Shown: in pieces, positions 42,401-49,938 of the stretch | Numbering within the stretch: the stretch's first letter is position 1 | Layout of the letters: the number at the start of each line of letters is the position of its first letter | NCBI GenBank assembly: GCA_963717145.1 | Contig: OY970325.1 | Coordinates: forward strand, 1,952,001-2,016,000 | Direction: 5' to 3' | From: an uncultured Armatimonadetes bacterium | GTDB taxonomy: Bacteria > Armatimonadota > UBA5829 > DTJY01 | DNA length: 64,000 nt | The notes under the pieces: model-generated | Told to the model about the DNA's origin: nothing | What the model saw: the letters and a program-made list of their open reading frames with translations, nothing else | Database searches by the model: none | Program-made: the position numbers and the translations under genes

Positions 42401-42914
42401 TGCGTCGGTGGCCGACTTCGAGTCCGGTGCTACCTACAGCCTGCTGGGAGGTGACCTCACAACCGGCCAGAACGGTGCTGGTTCGGTGTCTTGGGGATGC
42501 ATGCCGGACGCTTCGGCAGTCGGCAATGCAGGCAACCAAGTCTGCAGGATTTCATACGGCGGATCCATCGGTACGGACTACGGCGCGCAGGGGGGCTTCT
42601 CATATTGCTACTGGCAGTGCGATCTGAACGGCAATGACGCCAGGCCATTCAAGTATCTGTCTATGAAGGTTCGAGGTGAAAAGGGCGGCGAGACACCCAA
42701 TTTCTACCTGTGCGACGGTTCCCGTCGTGTCTGCCTCAGAGCGAGGGACACTGAGCCGATCACCACCGAGTGGAAGACCCTGCGTTTGCCGTTGTCATTC
42801 TTTGCCGATAAGGGCATCGATCTCAGCCGTCTGGACTCTCTGCAGATCGTTTTCGAGTGGACCGAGCAATCCGGGACAATATTAGTAGACGACATCAGGT
42901 TTGGCACCGACTAG
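36477..42914 (+). CDS. Secreted dockerin-RHS protein with about 1000-aa C-terminal extension (Ig-like, ZU5-like, three CBM11/CIA30-like domains)
   Basis: Signal peptide; dockerin GDADGNGVVNIEDA...ADVTQDGKVDIEDA; GPLGRGWNHNY; YD repeats; core ends DPSGL at aa 1134-1138; domains ending LYLDNI, VRVDDV, ILVDDIRF. Confidence 0.88.
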   Translation: MSTNARTARLCAICLGLLLFASAAHAIPGDADGNGVVNIEDARCIARFLVNQIPAIPRPVDADVTQDGKVDIEDAFVIAKRVNGQSLIVLVAAPIYGRESVLPIGDIVRVRVFEHFAPFNITGGTVRIRSASKGYDSGDQHLTFERDGRSLYYDWPTGGLAPSSDYEVSVALTNPVGLVMKASGAAYAPAASSQPAATATLTNRVFEPKFVAASVDASCPAPGIPLEFRRVAPNDHAHYPYLGPLGRGWNHNYDISLEEFTNGKIAFHGPEGFNRFFQSNADGTYSPTPGDYATLTRDPSGVYQLKERDGFIYCFRPDLKFNYEQDLNGNRISGVYDGSGRSVEIRHSCGKSLHLEYNSRGRISKLTDHIGRAVTFEYDTTGQMLLRATDPAGGVTEYAYVTPQIYCYALGIVPVGGGSNCVSANQALDYRILTVKYPDGTFTQYQYDTEARLTRQTGTWGANPTNYSYDADGTTHVTDSVGAQVTLRVNDNGQPLSVVDPGGSQTEIDYNAAGNLIGETDPLGRLTQLDYDSSGNVTSVTNALNETVQYGYDLRFNKPSYVTDPLGRETKFDYDTYGQLIAATYQDGSVESYAYDAQGNLVSVTDAEGRVTQHTYSAQALLTSTTNALGNATAFAYNAFGDLTSVTDAKSHAVALTRDTLGRLTRRTYPDGSHEDYEYDTGGKVRAFANRRGERTTFAYDAAGRLTEKTYASGKAVHYQYDPRGLLSRVETISGGVTSFGAYYEYDLERRTTVAKSPGKNSMETYDVAYAYDAAGNRKAMVYPDGYLINYEYDAANRLKRISDSVNKTIVAYDYDAAGRRTKRTLGNGTYATYEYDTMDRLTTLVNYSPSGAVQSHFQYTHNKAGIRTSMTTLEGTHSYTYDNAYQLTGVQYPAGRTVTYSFDKAGNRASVNDNGVPTTYATNALDQYTSAGAETFTYDADGNLASSTKSGSTVSYGWDEDDRLVSVSRNGVQISYRYDSRGRLVSKTIGGLETRYVWDGVDLIAEMNSAGQLTKRFVYGAAIDEIALVSADSASYWCQQDGLGSVIGTTNGAGSVVATCSYDVYGNVRSGDLAAVPQRFAGMRWDANAGLYYVRSRWYSPGTGRFVSVDPLDGQNTSNCYAYSRNSPLSCTDPSGLRTLQSQFSQFGTGVLQVIGGGITAGVGIAGTAGTAGASLFLTVTGAYTLGSGMMNIVNSFSSVDNSALITGGIFSSVSLFSNNKDVHTWGKIADYGQSLLSPSLDKILYKVPNWLADLPDIVGAFEDTWDSLVDIGKSLNDGGSGTIHRAIGPDNGFGGGYGGGGGGTCPTFVQGGNQRRASESNIAGLSGRIEAPWPGSLLRSDIPIYGIAAGSDFKSYRVEYGEGTSPSQWHLIAESDKLQEKCPSFKDISWMQGDLNLAGNLATWNTGLKNWEHLPWHPAEDAIDLNGVYTIRLVVTGKDGKEVEDKITCEVGRAIAQCLPGIAVSPDRRVTMRFPEQSLTHPFRVYTILPLSDAGEDMPAKPKGFELVGPAYRVREPGDKFIKDVSLEFTPKADELSGRDVKRVGMCRYDTAKKEWVWLETTRENGAFLVRLSELPSPRAIYALAFDPNAERSSPAKPAQPPATVASAKPGVFVDDTFEQDMGSFKARDRLVGATLARDNTARRDGSYCLKLENENQGGNFSCTVVDTPFDIKEYPLLSFDYRVRPDVKADLYLKANGRWYNVGFTDDPVDYRHKDVNIANLGVIQGVTADDNWHTAKVDLRMLSQQTRQTRIDEIMVADWDLGGYMSLAFGNNARGSVLYLDNIKISGPTKTANSPDVIAVDDFDGSTTLNSLGGASGTYSNPGCEYVKAVVDPKSGNIGSEKGNRSIRLSFDVTNPDAYAGYWTSIDKLDLSDYSTLRFRMRSDDKDAPQIIAGIRTKSGVEGRAPVAGYMSAQSQDGWYDVGVPLSAMRGLFTGPDLVSPDILFLAASNKEGSGKGAVRVDDVTFDRSSHASVADFESGATYSLLGGDLTTGQNGAGSVSWGCMPDASAVGNAGNQVCRISYGGSIGTDYGAQGGFSYCYWQCDLNGNDARPFKYLSMKVRGEKGGETPNFYLCDGSRRVCLRARDTEPITTEWKTLRLPLSFFADKGIDLSRLDSLQIVFEWTEQSGTILVDDIRFGTD

Positions 42915-42942
42915 GCGGGTATGCCGCCGGGGTTGATGATCT

Positions 42943-44688
42943 ATGCGATTTAAGGAGCAACGGAAACGTCCAATCTGTCGCAGCACAGAGTCGGGCATGA
43001 GGCAGCCCGGGAAGTCCCCGGCACTGGTAGCTCTGACGCTCGGTCTGTGGCTCGGATCAATTATCGTACTTGGCAGGGACTTGTGGCCTGTAGCGATATC
43101 ACCGGGCAACATCATTCAACGCATCGTACTCATGGCGTTCTCCCTCCTGCTGATTTCCTTCTGGCTGCTCGGATCGTACTACATAAGCCTTGTGGTGTTC
43201 TACACCTGGCAGAAGAGGCTGAGACCGGGCGTGTTGCGAAGGCGACTGGCGGCAGATGAGCTTCCACGGGTGGCGATTCTGTATCCCACTTGCGACGATC
43301 TGCAACGGGAATCAGTGCTTTCGTGTCTGGATCAGGACTATCCGAGTCTCCACGTCTTTGTGCTTGACGACAGCCGCAGCAACCAGTATATGAGTGCGGT
43401 GGATGAATTGCAGGAAGAATTCGCCGGCAGACTCACTGTCATTCGGAGATCCACGAGGCAGGGCCACAAGGCTGGAAACCTGAATCATGCGCTGCGAGGC
43501 GAAGTGAGCGACTATCCCATGTTCGCTGTCATGGATGCAGACGAAAGACTCCCCCGCACTTTCACTCGCGATATGGTAGAGCTGATGTCGGACACTGACT
43601 ATGCGTTTGCGCAGGCTAGACACGACCCCAACCCGGACCAACCTACCGGTTTCGCGCGACTGATGGGACAAACCATTATGCCGTTCTGGTCGGTGCTCCT
43701 GGCCGTCAAGAACCGTTATGGCTTCGTGCCCTGTGTCGGCCATGGTGTGCTGGTATGTCGGAGCGCCTGGGAGGCGGCAGGTGGATTTCCTGAGGTGGCA
43801 AGCGAGGATATTGCGTTCTCAGCCAGGCTACTCGAGCAAGGACTCCGTGGTGTTTACGCCGATCACGTGGTCTGTTGGGAGGACTTTGCAGCATGCGCTG
43901 CCTCGTTCCGGATTCAGCAGGAACGATACGTAGCGGGCGTGTTTCAGGTTCTGACTGGCTTTTGGCCGAAGTTGCTGCGGCGGAATGACGTAAGCTGGAC
44001 CGAAAGACTGGATTTCCTGCTCGGGAGTCTTCCGCTCTATGTTCCAGTACTCTGCCTGGCGTTCATCCTGGTGAGCGGATTGGCCATCCCGCTGTGTTTT
44101 GGCAGGATTGGCACCATTACCGTGGTTGTCCATGACAGCATGTGGCGCATTCCGTACTGGCAGTCTTTTGATGGACGGTTCATGTGTCTGTGGAGGCCGA
44201 TGTTCGTGGCAGTATCGTTGCTGTTCAACCTTTCTCCCGCGCTGCCAATGTTGGCCATTGCCCTGGAAGGGCGTGTGCGCAATCCTGTGCGGTTGATCGT
44301 GGCAAGCAATGCCGTGTACATATCTACAATGCTCGCCTCGGCAACCAGCTTGGCGAGGTGCGTGATCCGTGTTCCGGTTCAGTTCCTGCCGACGGGTTCA
44401 CGGCTCACAGTGAACGGAGAACGAACCTCCGGCAGGTCTGCATCCCTTGTCGCGGAGTCTGCGTTCGCGCTTGTAGTGGGTGGAATGCTGGTCTCATCTT
44501 TGAACATCGGACTTGCCGGACTGGCGCTGTGCCCGTTGATCGGTTCATGCTGTATATCGGATGGCGGTCGTGCGCGTGCTGCGGCGTTTGCCGTATTTGC
44601 GGGCATTGTGTTTCAATTGGCGCTGGGAGTAGCCGCTTGCCATGCGCCGATTAGTATGCCGCCACTGGTCAGCTCAATTCATTTCTGA
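42943..44688 (+). CDS. Membrane GT2 glycosyltransferase (processive synthase-like)
   Basis: VLDDS, HKAGNLNHAL, VMDAD, SED, QQERY (QxxRW variant); multiple TM helices; start may be 42997. Confidence 0.85.
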   Translation: MRFKEQRKRPICRSTESGMRQPGKSPALVALTLGLWLGSIIVLGRDLWPVAISPGNIIQRIVLMAFSLLLISFWLLGSYYISLVVFYTWQKRLRPGVLRRRLAADELPRVAILYPTCDDLQRESVLSCLDQDYPSLHVFVLDDSRSNQYMSAVDELQEEFAGRLTVIRRSTRQGHKAGNLNHALRGEVSDYPMFAVMDADERLPRTFTRDMVELMSDTDYAFAQARHDPNPDQPTGFARLMGQTIMPFWSVLLAVKNRYGFVPCVGHGVLVCRSAWEAAGGFPEVASEDIAFSARLLEQGLRGVYADHVVCWEDFAACAASFRIQQERYVAGVFQVLTGFWPKLLRRNDVSWTERLDFLLGSLPLYVPVLCLAFILVSGLAIPLCFGRIGTITVVVHDSMWRIPYWQSFDGRFMCLWRPMFVAVSLLFNLSPALPMLAIALEGRVRNPVRLIVASNAVYISTMLASATSLARCVIRVPVQFLPTGSRLTVNGERTSGRSASLVAESAFALVVGGMLVSSLNIGLAGLALCPLIGSCCISDGGRARAAAFAVFAGIVFQLALGVAACHAPISMPPLVSSIHF

Positions 44689-44704
44689 AACGGAGGCTCT
44701 CCGA

Positions 44705-45862
44705 ATGAACTCACGCTTTATCTCGAATATCAGGGGCGTTGGCGCTGCCATATTGTTCGTGCTTGGAACCGCAGGAGCGCGAGCGGATGTCTCAATCTCA
44801 ATCACACCGGCCTCGATGACCGTCACTGCTGGTTCGGCGTTCTCAACCGACATCAGGCTTTCGCAGTTCAGCAATGTAGCGGGAGCCTTGTCGGTCACAC
44901 TCAAGTACAACCGTCGAGTTGTCCGGATTTCCCAGGTTTCCACGCCCGCCGGATCCATGTTTGCCGATAACTTCTTCGTTGATACAGCATCTTTCGCCTA
45001 CGGGAGTACGCGGATGACCACATTTCAAACCGTGGCGACGACATCTGCTCCGGCCAGCATGGTCCTGGCCACGGTACGATGGCAAGTAATCGGATCATAC
45101 GGCAGTTCTTCCTCGCTGACCGCTGAGGTGCAAACTGCGGTTGATGCTCTATTCAACCGAGTAGAGGTGCTGTCCTGGCCTTCCATTGTTCGCATAGGCG
45201 ACCTCGCGCCTCTTGCGGTTCCGCAAGCTAAGCTTATTGAGGATGAGCAACAGCTAGCCGTGCTTCCATCGGTTGTTACCCGAGTGTTCGGGGATATCCT
45301 ATATGTCGAGTCCGATGATCGGTCGTGCGGCATTCGGGTCGAACGACAGGGCCACGGTCTGCAAGTCGGTGACAGAACCAGGGTGACGGGTGTGATCCTC
45401 ACCAGTTCCGATGGCGAACGCTACATTGAAGCCACGGAAGCAGCCAAGGACGGCACGGGCCAGCTAGAGCCTGTCGGTCTCAGCAATCGTCGCATCGGTG
45501 GAGAGAACTGGTTCCACAATGAGGATAACGGGGCGGGTCAACGCGGTGTCCTTGGCGGGTTCGGGTTGAACAATATCGGCCTGTTGGTGCACACCTGGGG
45601 CAAGGTGACTCAGATGGGGCCAAACTATCTCTACATAGACGACGGCTCGTCTGTGAAGGACGGTACTTCGACGGAAGGTGTGGCAAATGTTGGTGTCCGA
45701 GTGCTCTGCAATCCTGAAGCCTACATACCAGGCGACTATCTGGGATGCACGGCCATTGTCTCTTGCTTCAGGACCGGTCCTGAGAGCATCGCTCCGCAGT
45801 TGCTCGTGTCTTCATCAGACGATATTCGCACGCATACCCCAGTTGATGGCGTCAATAACTGA
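44705..45862 (+). CDS. Secreted cohesin-domain protein with C-terminal paired putative anchoring domain
   Basis: CGGAGG RBS; signal peptide; SITPAS.TVTAG..F..DI......GALSVTLKYN..V cohesin-like pattern; GLNNIGLLVHTWGKVT...YIDDGS. Confidence 0.7.
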   Translation: MNSRFISNIRGVGAAILFVLGTAGARADVSISITPASMTVTAGSAFSTDIRLSQFSNVAGALSVTLKYNRRVVRISQVSTPAGSMFADNFFVDTASFAYGSTRMTTFQTVATTSAPASMVLATVRWQVIGSYGSSSSLTAEVQTAVDALFNRVEVLSWPSIVRIGDLAPLAVPQAKLIEDEQQLAVLPSVVTRVFGDILYVESDDRSCGIRVERQGHGLQVGDRTRVTGVILTSSDGERYIEATEAAKDGTGQLEPVGLSNRRIGGENWFHNEDNGAGQRGVLGGFGLNNIGLLVHTWGKVTQMGPNYLYIDDGSSVKDGTSTEGVANVGVRVLCNPEAYIPGDYLGCTAIVSCFRTGPESIAPQLLVSSSDDIRTHTPVDGVNN

Positions 45863-46244
45863 GCAGGTCAAGGAAACACGTCACGGCTGGGGCGGATGGC
45901 TTCGCTTACGAGTGGTAGAGTAGCCGCAACTCCTGCTCCTCAGATGTCGCGAGGCACAACTGCAACTCGCGCAGTGACGAGCGGCGCGGCCACAGGGCTT
46001 TCAGCAAAGCGTGCAGGATTCGACTGCTTAGCATCAGTCGGTGCTCCGACTCGCCGGCAACCGGGTATCACTGAGATACGGCGATCACACCCCGGTGAGC
46101 CTGCGCATGTCCTCCGGCTTGCGAGTCAAGATGCGACGGGCTAACCAGGCATCCGCACTTGGGGCATGCAATAACCGCCTCTCCGCATGTATATACTAGT
46201 GATCTCGGTCTTCCTGACTGTGAGATCGGTCGCGACAGCCCGTT

Positions 46245-48896
46245 CTAAGATCCGCTGCTCTGTTCCGTCACATCCTCTGCCCGGCGGGTGCGGATCACCG
46301 GGATCGGTGTCTCGCCTTCCAACTCCGCGCCGGAGATGCCGGTGACCGAGACGCGCTTCCCAACCGGATCGGCCGGCGGAGTACCGCAAACCTTGATGCC
46401 GATGTTCCCCGAGCCATCCTGAAGGTTCGACCCGTCGTCCACGTAGAAGTATCCGCTCCCCTCGGGAGTGGCGGTGATCGTGCCCCACACCCTCACGAGC
46501 AGGCCGGTATTGTCGAGGCCAACCTTGAAGGACCGGCCGACCGTGCCAAGCGGATCGGGGAGCTCGTTGCCGGTCGACTCGACGAACACGTCCGACGCGG
46601 TGATCTGCCGCTCACCGTTCAACGTGCCGAGCGCTCCCGCGACGGTGACCTGCGCGCCCTCCGGCACGACCTTGTCGGTCGAGACTCGGATGCCCGCGCT
46701 CCGGTTGGCGGCTTCGACGTAGAATGCGCCGTTCATCTCACCGGTCCCTGCCGTCACGACCGCGTTTCCGAGTCGGGCGATCTGCCCATCAGCCACGTCC
46801 TTCAGGCTACCGATCGAGAGCATGCCGTTGCTGATATTCACGCTCACGGTCGCCGTCGCCTCGTTGCCAGGATAGTCCTCGACGACCGCCTTGAGCGCCC
46901 GCGCGCCGTCAGCGAGGTAGGTTGTGTCAATCTCCGCCGTCCATCCGCCTGAGCCGTCGAGTTCCCCGTAGCCGACCAGCGTGTCATCGGCGTAGAGCGT
47001 TACCGCCGCGACCGCGACGTCATCCCCGCACGTGCCGGTCGCGGTCACCGTGCCACTGAGGTTCGCGCCTCCCGTCGGCGAGGTGATCGAGACCGTTGGC
47101 TTCGGTGTCGTGGAGCTGATGTAGATCGGTATCTCCGCCGTACCCTGGTTGCCCGCGAGGTCCTCTGCGACCGCCTTGAGAGTCCAGTCGCCTGTGCAGT
47201 AGTCGGCATACGGAAGGTTGACGCTCCACCCGTCGAGTGCATCCGTGTCCACTGCAAGCGGATGGTCGTTCATGTAGAAGCTGACCTGGTATGCGCCGAG
47301 GTCGTCGTTGACTGTCGCTCTAACCTGGGTGTCTACGCTGACACTCCCGCCGAATGGCGGATTGTCGATAAAGACCTCTGGGGCGGTCGTATCTGCGGGC
47401 AGATCAGCGCTGATCGTGTAATATCCCAGTGTGGAGATCGGAGATGTGATGATCGCCGTGCCGGGGTCTACGGTGCCGCCGACCTTGGCCCATACCTTGC
47501 CGATGGTGTCATACCGGTAGATTGCCAGGTACTGCGTTCCTCCAAGTGCAGAGAGGTCCTCGCCATCGTAAGAGAGATCGAGCGTCGCGCCGGGCGGACA
47601 CGTACCGCTGTCGGTGGTGACATCGAACGCCTGGCCGATGTATCCGGCGGCTGGTCGTGCCTCCGGATACTCGCTTGGCTGTAAGTATGTCAGGTGGAGT
47701 TCGGGAGTCGTCGCCGTAATGCCAAACTTGGTGGTGCTGATGGCCATCATCCCGCTGGCGTTGATGTATATCGGCTGCGACGCGATGTTGAGCGTCCGCC
47801 AGCCGGACAGAGCAGACGACACCCTTACGCGGACGTAGCGTTCCCATCCGCCGGTTGGACAGGTGGCTGTACTGCCGGAGGCGGACATTAGCGTGTTGCC
47901 CCACGGCCCGATGAATCGGATGCTGCCCGCACTGTAGGGATTGCCCGCCGAATCGCGAAGCTCCGCGGTGATGACCGGGTGGCTTCCCGATCCGTTCACG
48001 GTGACCCTCAGCCGAGGCGGGTCGTTTCCCTCAGTCCACGCGCCGCCCTCTACCCAGTAGGAGTAGAAGTTCCCTGCCCTGAGCTTGTCCTTTATGTTAC
48101 CCCACCAGGTGCTCGTGTTCGGCACGGCCACCCAGGCAGAGCCGATCTTATGTACACCGCCCATGTACGGATGGTAGTCTTCCTCAGCAAAGCCCCGCAC
48201 CGGCCACCTGCTGGTGGACATCACTTCGTCCCAGGTGCCTTCCGAGTTCTTGCCGGGCCAGGAGCTATTGTATATCGCGAGGCCGTCCGGCCACGACCTG
48301 TTGTAGATGGAGCATATCTCGTTGGGAGAGATTGAGTAGGGCACACTGTCGGGATGCGCGATGAAAGCCAGACCGCTGTACAGCTGCGTCGCCGTATTGA
48401 TGCGTTGCACGAGCCTCCCGACCTTGTCCTGGCTGAAACTGCCGGAGTCGAGTTGGCCGCTGGTGTTTGCATTGCTGCCGGCGACAAGGATGTGCCCCTC
48501 GTTGAAGGTCAGTTCGTCGCTGTGCGGTGCCCATCCCTCCCATCCGATGGACTCCCCGGAGACCTCGTTATGCTCAGTCACTGCTACGAAGTCGAACCCG
48601 GCGTTCCGATAGCGCTGGGCAAGCTCCGCCTCACCAACGGCGGGATGCATCCACACCGGACTATTCAGCGGTAGGTCTGACCGTTTGTGGCAATGGAGCT
48701 GGCCGCGAAGGAGGTCCCACGGCGCGGCGTTGTCGTAGGGGCTTCCAGGCCAGGATGATGACGGTGCGATGCGAGTACTGCCCTTGGTATTGTCTATCCC
48801 GAACACATTGGAGAACCCATCCGCCGTGTCGGCGGCGAGTGGGCCTATGCACACGGCCAGGCCGAGTATGATCCAGAGTACGAGCAGCTTCTTCAT
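46245..48896 (-). CDS. Secreted PHP-domain metallohydrolase with Ig-like domains and the same C-terminal paired domain
   Basis: Real start MKKLLVLW at 48896 (AAGGAGG RBS); GQLHCH, FVAVTEHN, GHIL, FIAHP, EDYH; GLDNTGLLVRVWG...YVDDGS. Confidence 0.8.
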   Translation of the reverse strand: MKKLLVLWIILGLAVCIGPLAADTADGFSNVFGIDNTKGSTRIAPSSSWPGSPYDNAAPWDLLRGQLHCHKRSDLPLNSPVWMHPAVGEAELAQRYRNAGFDFVAVTEHNEVSGESIGWEGWAPHSDELTFNEGHILVAGSNANTSGQLDSGSFSQDKVGRLVQRINTATQLYSGLAFIAHPDSVPYSISPNEICSIYNRSWPDGLAIYNSSWPGKNSEGTWDEVMSTSRWPVRGFAEEDYHPYMGGVHKIGSAWVAVPNTSTWWGNIKDKLRAGNFYSYWVEGGAWTEGNDPPRLRVTVNGSGSHPVITAELRDSAGNPYSAGSIRFIGPWGNTLMSASGSTATCPTGGWERYVRVRVSSALSGWRTLNIASQPIYINASGMMAISTTKFGITATTPELHLTYLQPSEYPEARPAAGYIGQAFDVTTDSGTCPPGATLDLSYDGEDLSALGGTQYLAIYRYDTIGKVWAKVGGTVDPGTAIITSPISTLGYYTISADLPADTTAPEVFIDNPPFGGSVSVDTQVRATVNDDLGAYQVSFYMNDHPLAVDTDALDGWSVNLPYADYCTGDWTLKAVAEDLAGNQGTAEIPIYISSTTPKPTVSITSPTGGANLSGTVTATGTCGDDVAVAAVTLYADDTLVGYGELDGSGGWTAEIDTTYLADGARALKAVVEDYPGNEATATVSVNISNGMLSIGSLKDVADGQIARLGNAVVTAGTGEMNGAFYVEAANRSAGIRVSTDKVVPEGAQVTVAGALGTLNGERQITASDVFVESTGNELPDPLGTVGRSFKVGLDNTGLLVRVWGTITATPEGSGYFYVDDGSNLQDGSGNIGIKVCGTPPADPVGKRVSVTGISGAELEGETPIPVIRTRRAEDVTEQSSGS

Positions 48897-49723
48897 TTCG
48901 ATTCCTCCTTGCTGTCCGGGGCAGAGCCGGACGTTCCGGTCGAGGCCGTCAGCATGATCTTGTAGTTCGAGCCCACCGCGCCCGGCAGGTCCTTCCCTGC
49001 ATCCCAAACGATGTGCCTGCGGAGTCCGGGGCGCATGCCGGGGCCGATGTCCAGGGAAGTCGTCTGCGGCGTGATCGAGTATGTCGCCCCGCCGTTGTCG
49101 GACACCATCATACCGATCGTGACAGTCGGGTTCGGCGGCGACCAGAGGTCGTAGTAGACATCCACCATGTGCGAGCCGTTCCTTCGCTGGCTCGCCTGGA
49201 TGTTGTACGGCGCGAGCATCGGCGGGATGGTGAACCCGGAGGTCGAGTCCCTGATCTCGTAGCTGTTGTAGTACCACCAGACGCCGGTGATGAAGTCCAC
49301 CTTCCACGGCCGCGCCCCTATGTTCGACATCGGCAGGTTGAGCGTGATCTCGGTCGGAGTGATCGTGCCGGTCGGCGATCCGCTCGCGAACCCCCAGTTC
49401 ACCCCGTTGTCGTACGACACCCCCAGCGCCGGGCCGAAGTACCCGGGGGTCGTCACATATACCAGGACGTAGACCTTCCCCGGGACGGATATCCGCGCCA
49501 CGTAGGCTGTGTAAGGCGCGGTCGAGTACTGAGCTGCAAGCCGAATGGTCGCGTGGAAGGTCGTCCCATCGTGCCAGGCTTTCGCATATGTCATGTCGTA
49601 AGATGAGAGAGACGTGTCGCCGGACGGATCGTTGACCTCCGTGGACCACTGCTCCTGGCCCCATGCGGATGCGCCGCACGCCAAAAGCGCTGCTATGAGA
49701 AGATATGAACGCAATGCCTTCAT
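48893..49723 (-). CDS. Secreted hypothetical protein; C-terminal domain shared with the FGE paralogs' N-terminus
   Basis: Start MKALRSYL (GGGAGG RBS); SDNGGATY...PGLRRHIVWDA. Confidence 0.7.
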   Translation of the reverse strand: MKALRSYLLIAALLACGASAWGQEQWSTEVNDPSGDTSLSSYDMTYAKAWHDGTTFHATIRLAAQYSTAPYTAYVARISVPGKVYVLVYVTTPGYFGPALGVSYDNGVNWGFASGSPTGTITPTEITLNLPMSNIGARPWKVDFITGVWWYYNSYEIRDSTSGFTIPPMLAPYNIQASQRRNGSHMVDVYYDLWSPPNPTVTIGMMVSDNGGATYSITPQTTSLDIGPGMRPGLRRHIVWDAGKDLPGAVGSNYKIMLTASTGTSGSAPDSKEESK

Positions 49724-49796
49724 CAAGTCAACCTCCCTGCTTATGTCTGTGGAATCGCAACCGACCGAAACCTCGGCAAAGCGCCTACCCCCCGCC

Positions 49797-49886
49797 GTAG
49801 GAGGCGATTCCATTCGCCGACCCCCGTCCACGGCCATTCGCCGATCATCCCGCACCGACACATCGGGCATTGGAATGCCGTCCTAC
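49797..49886. repeat. REP-like imperfect inverted repeat
   Basis: GTAGGAGGCGATTCCATTCGCCGA ... TCGGGCATTGGAATGCCGTCCTAC. Confidence 0.6.
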
Positions 49887-49938
49887 GTCGCCCCCAGACC
49901 CCCGCAAAGGGTAAAAGAGCAAAAGGAAAAGGGCAAGA

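Noticed and set aside
48897-49679. N-terminal 261-aa extension of the 1144-aa ORF
   Set aside because: Overlaps the real 48893-49723 gene in another frame; RBS and signal peptide are at 48896
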